A DNA stretch of 63,435 bases, filler included, from Reclinomonas americana ATCC 50394 (Eukaryota), in the NCBI GenBank assembly GCA_048213135.1. It is 13 parts of 13 records of this genome, joined end to end, with 100 filler letters (N's around TTAATTAATTAA, not from the genome) between each part and the next. Parts side by side here need not be neighbours in the genome. Positions count along the whole stretch, not along the records: positions 47,711 to 50,697 come from AFZH01023718.1; positions 50,798 to 52,219 come from AFZH01023719.1; positions 52,320 to 53,995 come from AFZH01023720.1; positions 54,096 to 56,883 come from AFZH01023721.1; positions 56,984 to 58,059 come from AFZH01023722.1; positions 58,160 to 60,125 come from AFZH01023725.1; 7 more parts are not named here. The stretch is one strand, 5' to 3'. The notes beneath the pieces were generated by a model. That model saw only the letters and a program-made list of their open reading frames with translations. It did no database searches and was not told where the DNA came from. Shown here piece by piece: positions 48,133 through 60,225 of the stretch (positions within the stretch are counted from its first letter, which is position 1; each line of letters starts with the position of its first letter). Both the position numbers and the translations under genes were made by a program.

Positions 48133-51100
48133 ATGCGACGACGCACCTCTTCGTCGTCGACCTCTGCCTCCCTGGCCTATGCAGAAGAAGAAGAGGAAGC
48201 AGAGGAAGCAGAGATGAGAGGGAGAGCCATGAGCATGATGATGATGATGAGTGAGAGTGAGCAGCGGACGTTGCGCGAGGCCGTGATTCGCATGGGACTT
48301 ATGGAGGGAACAGTGGCGCGCAAGTGTCGCGCACTTAGTGATCTGACAGCGAGAGCGGTGGCGGCGGCGACGCAGGAGGGAAAAGGTGAGGAGAGTGGCA
48401 GAAAAACGTGAGAGAGAGAGAGAGAGTGTGTGTGTGCGTGTGTTTGCTCCTTGTGCGCACACACGCATTCTCTTGTGCGTGAGGGTGTGTGTGTGTGTCA
48501 GTTGCGAGCGCATGCATTCGATCAATCACTCGTGCAGATGTGAGGGTTGCAACGTCACTCTTTCTCACACGCACACATACTCAGTCGTTGTCACGCTCAC
48601 TCACACACTCACTGCGACACTCGCTCCTCCACTCACTCTCCTCACCCCCGCACTCCGCTCACTCTCTTCCTCACTCTCCTCCTTGTTATCCTAACTTCCC
48701 TCACTCTTCTAACTCCCCTCACTCTCCTCGCCCTCCTCCTCCTTGTTCTCCTCACTCACCTCACTCCCCTCACTCCCCTCACTCTCCTCACTGCCCTCAC
48801 TCTCCTCGCTCTCCTCCTCCTTGTTATCCTCACTCCCCTCACTCCCCTCACTCTCCCTCACAATTCCTCCTCCTCCCCCTTCTCCCTCTCTTCTCCCCTC
48901 ACTCCCCTCCCTTCTCCTCATCGCTCTCTCCCCCCCACAGTCGCCCTCTGTCACGCCATTGGCCGCGACGGCCTTCGCTACATTCACCGCCTGCTGACGT
49001 ACCCCGATCGCACTGTGCGGAGGGCCGCTGTCACCTTTGTAACCACACTGGCCGATCGCTGTGGCGCCGCGCAATTGGCACTTGGTCGCGTGTTTGAGCT
49101 GTTGCCAGCTGGCAAGGTCCGCGTTGTGATGCAAGTCAATGGGCATTCGCTTGGTTGGTTGCTCATGCCTCGTTGTAGGTTTTGGTGTTTGCGGTGCCGC
49201 ACTCGTATGTGGAGGTTTTCCACGCCCAGTGTCATCCACGCAAGCCGGATATTAACACGGATGGTTGGTTCACAGCCTCGCCTGTATCTCCCTCACACGC
49301 ACACTCACTCGCACGCATGAGCACTCGTTTCACTTCCGCGCGCGCTTACTCGTCGCTCCCCCTTCACGCCATTCTCACCCGCTGCCACCCCGCAGAATTC
49401 CGCGACTTTGTGCGCACCATGGTTGCCGACGCCCAAGCCTATTCAGCCGACATGCATGGCTTCGACAGACACGGCAGTGCGCACTACGACGATGACGATG
49501 AAGACATGGAGCACGGCACGCGATACTGTTGGTGTTTCCCTCGCGCGGAGGACCCTGATCTGGCGCCCGACCCTGCATGTGCGTTACCCGCGGCTCTTGT
49601 TTCGACTGCGCACTCGATGTGGCTCTCTTGCGTCTCAATGTGTTGCTCTCGGCATGGTTGCTCTGCCGCTCTCTCCTGCGCATCGCTCTATCGCTCTCTC
49701 CTGCGCATCGCTCTATCGCTCTCTCCTGCGCATCGCTCTATCGCTCTCTCCTGCGCATCGCTCTATCGCTCTCTCCTGCGCATCGCTCTGCCGCTCTCCT
49801 GCGCATCGCTCTATTGCTCTCTCCTGCGCATTGCTCTGCCGCTCTCCTGCGCATCGCTCTGTCGCTCTCTCCTGCGCATCGCTCTGTCGCTCTCTCCTGC
49901 GTATCGCTCTGTCGCTCTCTCCTGCGTATCGCTCTGTCGCTCTCTCCTGCGCATCGCTCTGTCGCTCTCTCCTGCGCATCGCTCTGTCGCTCTCTCCTGC
50001 GCATCGCTCTGTTGCTCTCTCCTGCGCATCGCTCTGTCGCTCTCTTCTGCGCATTGCTCTGTCGCTCTCTTGCGCATCGCTCTGTCGCGCGCGCTCTCTC
50101 TCACTCTCTCGCACGCGCTCTGTCTCTCCCCCTCTCCCTGCCTTCCCCTTCTCCCCCTTTCCCCTTTCCCTTTCCTACCCTGCCCTTTCTCCCCCTTTCC
50201 CCCTTGTCTTTCCTGCCCTGCCCCTCACCCTCCTTCCCCCCCTTTCCCAGGCCACATTCTTGGTCTGCGCCTGGACCCCTACGCCGACGAGGAAGAATTC
50301 GAGAGTGGACTCCTTCCACTCCCGCTCCGTGACATGGCCGCCGACCTGCTGAACGACATCACACCCGCCGACGTGTGGGGCCTGCAGGGCGAACGCTCCG
50401 AATTCCATCGCTCCATCAGCAGCGTGATGAAGGCGCGCGCCAAGGAGACCACTCGATTGTTGCGTCGTCACGCCCAGCCATGGTTGTTGAATACCTTTCA
50501 GTGCGCTCATTCGCGCCCGTCGCAGACCGATTCGCATCTGCGGCGTCTCATTACCACCGACGGACTACTTGCCGACACCTCTCGCTCCCACGCCACCGCT
50601 GCTGCCCTCTTCTGCATCGGCTGCCGATGCTGCCGCAGCAGCAGGTCCACCTCCGACCTCGAGCGCCCGTCCACAGCGCTGGGCCGTGCTCGCCACCNNN
50701 NNNNNNNNNNNNNNNNNNNNNNNNNNNNNNNNNNNNNNNNNTTAATTAATTAANNNNNNNNNNNNNNNNNNNNNNNNNNNNNNNNNNNNNNNNNNNNTCC
50801 CCCCTTCTCACCCCCTTCCCCTTCCCAGGCCGCCCCTCCTCCGCCCGCTCGGCCCGCACCCCAGGCACAACCCGCAGCTCGGCCTTCCAACGCCCCACCT
50901 CCGCCATGCACCGCTCACCGGCGGGACTCGCTCACCTCGACGCCTCGCTGTCGTCGCTCCCGTCGGACACCAACTCGGAGCTGACACCCATTCCGAGCGT
51001 CCACCGCCACGAAAAGTACTCGCCGGCACCCCCGTCGCACTCGAAAGCTGCCGCGGCGGCGACGACGACCACCGCAACAACAGCGACCACCACCACGACA

Positions 51101-52418
51101 ACGATGTCTGCGATGCGGCGTCCGTCGATGGTGGCGCCTCCATCGCCACCGCATTCACCAACCTCGTCCAACGGCAGCATGCACGGCGCATACCCAACGC
51201 CACCTCCACCGCGTCAGCCACCACCACCGTCATCATCAACCGGCGGCGGCGGCAAAAAGTCGCAGCAAAAGAGGCATCGCACGGCACGCTTCGCGTCGAC
51301 GGATTCATCGCCGGCGTCGTCGCCGGTGCAGAATGATTCGCCGCGTGTCAAGGTTCGCACCGGCCACCGCATCGAGTTGCACGATCCGATGCATCGGCTC
51401 GCCGACATGGCGACGCGGCAGGCCTACATCAAGCGTGTTGGCTTCCACCCGCCCAAGCACCGCACCGACAATGAGTCACCGGAACCGGAGACGCCGACCA
51501 TCAATGTGCAAGCGCAGTCGCCAATGGCTGCCAATGGCCACCACGCGCCATCACGCTCTCCGTCTGTTTCGCCTGTTCCTGTCTCTCCTGCCATGGGCAA
51601 CACGAGCACCCTCAGCATGGCGTCGTTCCTGCGGCGATCCGAGGAAGCGGCCTCGCCACCGCCTGCAACCTTTTTGCGGCGTGTTTCGGCGGCGTTTGTG
51701 CACATGCCACCCGCGTTTGCCAACAACCACAGTCACCACAACGGTGAGGAGGATGATGAGGAGGACGAGTCGCCTGACAATGGCAAGGATGAGCCGGCGG
51801 CGGCGGCGGCTGCGTCGCCGAATGTGCGTCTGCGCGGATCGGTGGCCGTCAGTGGCTTTGCCACCGACAATCGCCGTCGCTCCACGGTGGGCATTCTGAC
51901 GTCGCCCAGCGAGGCGCTGACGGCGTCGGCCGAGGGTCGCGTCATGGCCTTCCTCACGCCAAATGTCGGCGGCGGAAGCTGGCGCGTGGTGCCGCCACCT
52001 GTCAAGCCGCGCGATCTGACCATGCCCACGCCACCGACGTCGCCGCGGCCGAGTCCTCGCAAGGTGCAGACGCTGGTCACCGCCACCCCTGCCAACGCCA
52101 GGAAAAAGGTCGCTGCCGAGGACAACAAGGCCGTCGAGGAGAAGCCGCTCATCGACGATACCCTCGTTCCTCCCGGCTCGACGTCGAACTTGTCGCCGGT
52201 GCCGCCACCCGGACCACCGNNNNNNNNNNNNNNNNNNNNNNNNNNNNNNNNNNNNNNNNNNNNTTAATTAATTAANNNNNNNNNNNNNNNNNNNNNNNNN
52301 NNNNNNNNNNNNNNNNNNNCGGCGACGCGAGTCGCGCTTCCGGGAGGAGAAGCAGCGGGTGATGGGCAGGGTCGACAGGCAGACACCTGTGACGAAGCTC
52401 TTCCGCAAGGAAAACTAA
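48133..52418 (+). CDS. Uncharacterised protein: ARM/HEAT-like N-terminus, long Pro/Ser-rich region; probably one gene across two gaps
   Basis: GLRYIHRLLTYPDRTVRRAAVTFVTTL is ARM-like. In-frame splices run to 50697, an open frame covers 50906-52219, and a putative end is ...KLFRKEN* at 52418. Continuity across the gaps is inferred. Confidence 0.5.
49669..50087. repeat. 25-bp intronic minisatellite
   Basis: ctctctcctgcgcatcgctct(a/g)tcg is repeated roughly 16-17 times, some copies 23 bp. Confidence 0.95.
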
Positions 52419-52481
52419 CAAGTGTACAACTGAATCAATTTCCTCAATGTTGTCCGTAGAGGTGCATTGTGTGTGTGTTTC

Positions 52482-53697
52482 TCATCTTGGCGGCGCAGTG
52501 GGGGGCCCGAGGAAGGAGATGAACGAGCCGGATAGTGAGGTATTGACAGAGCTGCTGGTCGACATGGGTGCAGCGGGCGGTGGTGGTGGTGGTGGTGGCG
52601 GCGGCGGTTGAGGTTGAGGTTGCGGGACCATGCGCGCCGCGGCGTCATTGGTCAGCGAGTGAATCACATTGGTGAGGTGGGCGTACTGGTCGAGCTGTGC
52701 ACGCAATCGCTGCGCTTCGCTCTCCCATCGTCGGGCCTCTGCCTCGGCCACCGCAGCACGCCGCTCGGCCGACGCCTGTGAGCGCTCGACATTGAGCAAC
52801 GCTCGTCGCTTCTCCTCCGCCAACGCCAACGATTGATCTGCTGTCTGCAACAGCTCCTCGTGCTCCGCGCGCAGCCTGGCCAGCTCGCCACGCGTGACCT
52901 CCAGCTGTTGCATGGCGTCGGCTGACTGTCGCACCCGCTCTTCCAGCTCCGCTGTCACTGCTCCCGTCGAGGCATTGGATTCCTCGAGCTGGCGATGCGA
53001 ACGTACCACCAGCAGCAGCTTGCGGTATGCCTCATCGATTCTGGCGCAACGAGTCAGCAAACTGCGGGGGACAAAGGGGAAGGGGGGTGGGTGCGATACC
53101 TGTTGCTCTTCTCCTTCACATCGGCCTCCAGCTGCGTCACGCGACGACGCATTGCTTCGTCGACGGCCTGTTGTGAACGCTGCTGCTGGCTCTTGTTCGA
53201 CATGTCGCGGTACCGTGCTGCCAGTGCCTCGTGCTCCTGCCGCGTGGCCTCCAGTTCGCGCGTGAGGCGATCCACACGGCCTGTCGATTCAATCAGTTGC
53301 TGTCGCAGGCCGTCGTTCTCGCTGCGCTGCGTCAGCGACTGCACACGGAGCTGCTCCACTTCGCCGGCGTGCATCGTCAAGTCTCCCATGAGCCGGCGCA
53401 TTTCATCCTTTATGAGGAGAAGTTGGAAAGGGAGCGGGAAGGGGGAGGGAAGGGGGAGAAGGGGAGGTACGAGTGCTTACCTCGAGCTGTGCCACACGCT
53501 CTGCTCCGGCGCGGAATGAGTCGAGAGAGTCGGTGTGGGATATCTACAGCTCATCGGTGAATTGGAGAGTGTGCGACGAGGGAAGGTGGTGGTGGTGGTG
53601 GCAGCGCAACTCTCGATGCAAGGTGACTGAGGTGTGAGTGCAGTGGTGGGTCGGCCGCGTTTGAGATGAATTCATCAATGAGGCGGGCCAGCCTGTC
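52482..53697 (-). CDS. Coiled-coil protein, C-terminal part
   Basis: Heptad-rich E/R/Q/L exons (LRQQLIESTGRVDRLTRELEATRQEHEAL...LRAQLDQYAHLTNVIHSLT) followed by a poly-Pro tail. Confidence 0.7.
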
Positions 53698-53759
53698 GAT
53701 GGGGGTGAGGAAAAAAGGGGAAGCTGGGGGGGAAGAGAAGGGCGAGGGAGAGGGAGAAG

Positions 53760-53995
53760 GAGATGAAGAAAGAGGAAGAGAAAGAGGAAGAGGGAGAAGG
53801 AGATGAAGAAAGAGGAAGAGGAAGAGGAAGAGGAAGAGGAAGAGGAAGAGGAAGAGGAAGAGGAGGAGGAAGAGGAAGAGGAGGAGGAAGAGGAAGAGGA
53901 AGAGGAAGAGGACGAGGAAGAGGAAGAGGAAGAAGGAAGGGGGAAGGGGGGAAGGGGGAGGGGGAGGGGGAGGGAGAGGGAGAGGAAGAAGGAAG
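53760..53995. repeat. (GAAGAG)n purine microsatellite at contig end
   Basis: Seen directly. Confidence 0.95.
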
Positions 53996-54150
53996 NNNNN
54001 NNNNNNNNNNNNNNNNNNNNNNNNNNNNNNNNNNNNNNNTTAATTAATTAANNNNNNNNNNNNNNNNNNNNNNNNNNNNNNNNNNNNNNNNNNNNCGTCC
54101 CGTCGCCCCCTAACTCCAGCACATTGTGTTCTGGCTCACCGTGCCACAGC

Positions 54151-56842
54151 TCCGTATTCTCCCGGCACCGGCACCGTGTACCGCTCGATGAGTCGCAGTG
54201 CCCGACCCGGTTTGTGTTTCTCGGGCTCCAGTCAATTTCCACTCTGTTCTCATTCCTCGTCCCTAAACAGGCACAGCGGGTGGCGCCGGCGGCAGCGCCC
54301 ATGTGCAAGCGCAGTTGGCGGTCCGGCCTGTCAGTGCATGTGCGTTTGATCACATTGCCTTCCCTCCATCCTTGTCGCACTACATCTCGTAGTCTCTTGG
54401 TCGTGCAGCTGTGTTCCTTGTCTGTCAAGCACACAAGCAGTTAGTTGTACGCACAGTTGATTGTTTTGCTCTCGTCTCTGCCCGTTTTTTCTCTCTCATT
54501 CGCTGAGTTCTTGTCAATCGTGCACACTTCCACCGTGCACACCGCCTTTCTGTTCCTTTTATTCTGGTTCACCATTGACAGTTAAGTATTCTTCTCAAAT
54601 CTTTGCACCTTTTTTTCTCTCCTCACCCCCGCGTTTCATGCCGATAATGCGCACTTCCAACTTGCTCACATTTTTCTGCTCCTCCTCTTCTGGTACTTTA
54701 CACACCATTGTGCATGCTGCTCTTGTCCTTGTCTCTATTCAGCACCATATCAACAGCGTATTTCTTCTCGCTTCCATGATCTTCGCCCTTATCCTCCTTC
54801 TCCTTCTGCGCAGTGACGCACGCCTCCCAATCATCCCCAAGCCCAAGTGCCACCCTCCAGCACGGCGAGCACGTGCGTCGTCGCGTCGACACCATGCTGA
54901 CAGAACTCGGCACGCTCTGGCCACAAGCTCAATCGCGCAACTCGCGCACGTTGCGTTTTTCCACCGCCAATCCTTTCATCGGGAAGGGCGAAATACTAAC
55001 ACGCCTGTGCACACAGTCCGCATGCCGGCTCGCCGCACGCCAAGACTCCCACGGCTCGTTCGCCTGGAGCGCGATCACCCAATCGCTCACCGAGTCCGCG
55101 CAACGAGCCGAATGATGGATTGTCGGTGCGTTTCTGCGCCACCTTTGTGCTTTGTCAATAACAACTCACCGCCTCTCCTCACTTTTTTTGCAGCCATTTA
55201 CTGTGCGCATCGGTACGAATCCCTGATTAATTCCCATCGCGCGTTCTATTTTCTCATCCTCCGCGCAGGCTCCAGCATGATGGTCAACGAAGATGAGTTG
55301 TCGGAGGAGGGCATCGATCCGCCAGCCTTTGCGGAGACATTTCGCCGCGAGCTGTTCCCCACGTTGGAGAAGACGCTGTACACGGATCCTGAGGTGCGTC
55401 CCTCGTTTCATACTTGCTTAATACGCAGATACTCATTCTAGCTTGCAGGTGGAGTACCTGGACGTGTCGCGACTCGACTTTGGCCAGGCCGACGATCCAC
55501 TAGTCGACAAGCCGGTCACCACGGAGCCATTCTCCGTGGCCACCCCGCAGGAGCTGAAGGATGTCCTCATTGACAAGTTGCGTTGTGGTGGAGCAGCACC
55601 GCGTGGAAGTGATACGCTTCTTGCTCAATCCGACACACGCAGGAGCGACTTTTTCATCGTCACCGACCTGTCGCTGGCCCGCGGTGCAACCACATTCGAT
55701 CACTACCACTTGCGCTGGATTGGCACGTACTGTGCGCAGCTCACGCACATCAATTTGGAGGGATGCCCGCGCCTCTCCAACGACAATCTGGCGCTAATCA
55801 CGCGCAACAATCGGCACACGTTGGAGATTGTCAATATCAGCAACTGTGTGTGCATCAGTGATCAGTTGCGTGGGGGGGGAGAAGAAAGGGAGGGAGGTGG
55901 ATGAGAAGGTGGTGTGGTGAGAGATGAGTGGCACAGGACTTGGCATGAATACACGCACGTCTTAATGAGTGAGAGAGTGAGAGAGGAAGTGCACTGATTA
56001 GATATGATGTGAGGAGGACATGAATACCACACATGCTTTGGGTAACTAGGGAGGGAACGCGCTGCGGTAGCGAATAGGAAATACTCTTCCAGACGGGATC
56101 AACTTGAAAGAGAATAGGGCAGCCAAACACGTACCTGCAAAGCGTGTGTGAGAGAGAGAGAGAGAGAGAGAGATAGAGTCACGAGACTGCAGGAGAGTGG
56201 GCACAGCAACACATGCACCTGCACGGAGATACATAGAGAGAATTTGCATCATTTGTGGCTTTGTGTTTCTTTGCCGGGTGTGTGAGAGACGGCTATCGTA
56301 TCAAACTCTGCTAATTCAGACGCCTGTGCTTCGTCACGTTGCACTTGCGCGTCTCCCTCGTCGCTCGCACACTCTCCCTTGAGGTTGTATCTGCATGACA
56401 TCGACCTCTCTGTCATTCTCTCTATGTGTTCGTGTACTTGTGTGTAGTGTGATCATCGTCTTCAGAAGCTCTCTTTCCATTTTATGTAAACTCACTTCCC
56501 TTTCCCTACTTCAGAGGCATCTCGTCCATCTTCCGCGACTGCACAAAGCTCACGCTGCTGGAGATGCGCATGTTGCCGCTGGTGCACGGAGAGGAGTGTT
56601 TCGCACTCATCGATAATTGCCCTGGGCTCACCAGCTTGGATGTGGCGTACTGCGATGGAATTACACCTGGTGAGTGTCACGCTTGCAGCAGAGAGTTCAG
56701 TTCTTTGCTCGTGTTTCTTCGTCTTTCTGCTTCGGTACGGAGTCCGTGAGACATGCTCTCTGTTATATCTATTCCTCCTGTCTGCTTCTCGCATCTGCTG
56801 TGAGTCAGCCACCGTTGTGCATTCTTCTCACACGGTCTCGTG

Positions 56843-56883
<41 letters not shown>

Positions 56884-57690
56884 NNNNNNNNNNNNNNNNN
56901 NNNNNNNNNNNNNNNNNNNNNNNNNNNTTAATTAATTAANNNNNNNNNNNNNNNNNNNNNNNNNNNNNNNNNNNNNNNNNNNNTCCCCTTCTCCCCTTCT
57001 CCCCTTCCTCCCCCTTCCCCCCTTCCCCCCTTCCCCTCTCACCCTTCTCCTTCCCTCCGCCCTCTCCGCAGCCGGCTTCTCGACGCTTTTCTCCACCGCC
57101 CCGCGTCTCCGCATCCTCGACCTCTCCTTCTGCACCCAGATGACGGCGCCGGCGGTGGCCTCACTGCTCCACCACTGCACGCATCTGGAGACGCTGCACC
57201 TCAAGATGTGCTCCTACGTCAATCGCACACACGTCCCCATGGCGGCCTTCCAGCGCATCGACGGCAAGGTGCGTTGAGTGCCTCACTCTTTTCCGTTCTC
57301 ACACCGCTAACTCTCTGTCGCTGCTTAGCGCAAGCACGCCCACGAGCAATCGGAAGATCTGCGAAGGGCGGAGAACCCAGAGACTGAAGCGCAGTGGTTG
57401 CTTGAACGACATCGCAAGATGAAGGAGGAGCAAAAGGCCAAGCAGGCGGCTGGTGAGTGATTGGTGCTCTTCGGTACCATGCAGCTCTTCGTCTCATCCC
57501 CCTACGCACAGCTGAGCTCGCTCTGGGAATGGCCATTTCGACCGACTTTGAGGATGCCGATGCCATCACGGCGGCGCAATTGTCGGCGGCACGCACTGCG
57601 CTGGCGGGCGTGCCAGTTGTGGACTCGTTCGACTCGTCATGTTGCGTGTGCAGGAGACTCGTGCTGGCAAGGTGTGCGAATGCTGACGCG
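54151..57690 (+). CDS. Cysteine-containing leucine-rich-repeat protein (AMN1/FBXL-type LRRs), spans the gap at 56884; ends approximate
   Basis: CAQLTHINLEGCPRLSNDNL, LEIVNISNCVCIS, CPGLTSLDVAYCDGIT, PRLRILDLSFCTQMT and CTHLETLHLKMCSYV. Confidence 0.85.
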
Positions 57691-58536
57691 ATCGATTGTG
57701 ACACAGCTGGACCACCCACTGGCGTCTCGGCGACGACTGCCTCCGGCTCAGCACCGACCACCGGTCGCTCTGAGTCACTGCCGTCGTTCCGCGGTCCTCG
57801 AGTTGTCGAATATGTGCCGTTCGGTGAGTGGCGTTGTAGAAGGTGAAGAGCGAGGTGGAGAAGTGTCGCATTGCAAGAATCATTTCACTTGATTGAGAGC
57901 GGCGAGTGAGAGCAAGAGGAGAGAGCTATTGAAGTTAGAAGAGACGGAGATGAAGTGGGAGGAATGAGAGAGGTTGCGACCGGTATTGCTCTCCCCTCTC
58001 GCTCTCCTCTCTCGCTCTCCCTCTCTCGCTCTCCCCTCTCTTCTCTCTTCCTCTCGCTCNNNNNNNNNNNNNNNNNNNNNNNNNNNNNNNNNNNNNNNNN
58101 NNNTTAATTAATTAANNNNNNNNNNNNNNNNNNNNNNNNNNNNNNNNNNNNNNNNNNNNCGAGAGGAACGAGAGCAGAGCGAGAGGAACGGGAGCAGAGC
58201 GAGAGGAACGGGAGCAGAGCGAGAGGAGCGGGAGCAGAGCGAGAGCGAGAGGGAGCGGGAGCAGCGAGAGGGAGCGGGAGCAGCGAGAAGGAGCGGGAGC
58301 AGCGAGAGGGAGTGGGAGCAGCGAGAGGGAGGGAGCAGCGAGAGCGAGCGGGAGCAGCGACACGGGCGCCATCCTTCACCCACGATTCGCTCGTTCACCA
58401 GTCTTCTTCTGACCATTCGTACTGCTACTCGCTTCCCAATCCCCTCTCGCTCCCCTCTCTCGTCACTCCCTCTTGCTCTCCCCCTGTCTTTATCGCTCTT
58501 GGTGTATCAACGCGTCACTGTCTCCCACTCACCCCC

Positions 58537-59877
58537 TCCATGCGGAACCAGAATGCAACACCGGCATCTGCCAAGAACGGCACTCCATTGTGACTGAACC
58601 ACACCTTCGCAGGCGTGAGGTCGCCGTGGATGACTGCAATCGAAAAGAAAGTCAGGGATTGCGAGTAAACACAGCAAACTCAGACACGCCACAATACCAT
58701 TCTGTTTGGTAACGCAAGCGAAGAGGAAGACAACACCGACCAGTGAGCACACAAACGAACAGAGAACATACAAAACGCAGAAACACTCACGAGCCTGCAA
58801 TGAGAGAGACGTTAGATGGACGCACAATCAAACGGCAAGCTGCGAAAGCACGGCACGGAACTTGTGCACCGCAGCCATGACCTCGGAACACCGAAGCAAG
58901 CACGACATGCGCTCCTCAATGGACGTTACCGACAGACCGCGTTCCTCCCACTGCAAAAGTCGGTGCTCCAGATTGTATTCACTGCGTGAGTAAACAAGGA
59001 GGAAGAATGAGAGTCACACAGAACGCGACAGGAACAGTGTTTCTCTCTTGCACACACTCAACCCTCTCTCTCCCACGCTGTCGAACTGTACATCTGTCTC
59101 TTTCTCACGCTATTTTGCCTCTCCAGTTTATCCCCAGTCTCTCCCTCCGGCTGTCTCGTTACTCGTATGCCACAACTCTCCGATTCCCACACCAGTCGCG
59201 CCCGTTCATTCTGTCTCTTTCTCTCACTGTGATTACCTCTCCATTACTGTCTCCAGTCTCTCTTTGTCGTTGCTTTGGACCCAAAGTTTCTCCTCACCTC
59301 CGTCTTGTATTTGCTCTGCTCTGTCTCCTCTACTCTCCTCGATTTCCTTTCCATTCTCTCTTCTCTCTTTGAGATCCACTGATTCTCATCTCGTCACTTC
59401 GCTTATTGCTTTTCTAAACTCACAAATCTCATCACTCTTCTCTCCCCCTTGCTCCTATTTTCTCCCCTTTCTTTTCTCCCATCCTTTCCCCTCCATCCCG
59501 TCCCTTCCTAGTCGCACCTCAAACTCTCCACCACCACACAACGAATGCCGTCACTCGCCTCGGCATACCCAAGCAGCGGCACCATGCCCACCACGCTCAC
59601 CGCTTTGAGCTTCTCCACCTGCAAAACAACGGTAAGAAGCCAACCTGCCTCAACACCTTCACCCTTTCATCACACCCACACACATACCTCGCGGGAGAAC
59701 GACTCGACGCACCACGGCAGCTCACTGCCGTACACCTTCACATCCACATCTCGCTCCGCCCACCGTCCACGGTAGATCTTGGCCAGACCACTGCCGTCGA
59801 GCTGATTCGCGAAATTGTTGCTCATGGCCGCCACTTGCTCCCAGGAGAACGCCGTCAGCGGAACTGCATCGCGCACT
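58537..59877 (-). CDS. IRAK/Pelle/RLK-like kinase domain with degenerate catalytic motifs (pseudokinase), partial
   Basis: FSWEQVAAMSNNFANQLDGSGLAKIYRGRWAERDVDVK, ESFSREVEKL, MVPLLGY, NLEHRL, IEERMSCL and IHGDLTPAKVWF...FLADAG. Confidence 0.75.
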
Positions 59878-60225
59878 AATCAAACAGAGTGGACCGCAAT
59901 TGCTGTCATTCTTGCTTCCTCTCTTCCAGTTCCTCCACGAAGTCTCGACCTCTTGATATCCTGTCTCTTTCTCTCTCGTTCCATCCCTCTCTCACGCTGA
60001 TTTCATCCCTTCCTTGTCGTCTTTCTTTCGTCCTCTCACTCTCTTTTTGCCCGTGTCACACAGAGTGTGTCTCCTTTTCCATTTCACTCCCTCTCCTCTC
60101 TCTCTCCCCTTTCCTCTCTCTCTCCNNNNNNNNNNNNNNNNNNNNNNNNNNNNNNNNNNNNNNNNNNNNTTAATTAATTAANNNNNNNNNNNNNNNNNNN
60201 NNNNNNNNNNNNNNNNNNNNNNNNN

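Noticed and set aside
49182..50753. 523-aa ORF with SLLRIAL/SCASL repeats
   Set aside because: It is read-through of a stop-free intronic minisatellite; splicing 49578-50250 gives a coherent protein.
53763..53995. Poly-Glu or RG-repeat ORFs
   Set aside because: These are translations of a (GAAGAG)n microsatellite. The same applies to the HT/CV/ER/LS-repeat ORFs elsewhere in the track.
54119..54190. F-box-like HIVFWLTVPQLRIL upstream of the LRR gene
   Set aside because: That frame hits a stop codon, and a different frame splices coherently to the next exon, so an F-box is not supported.
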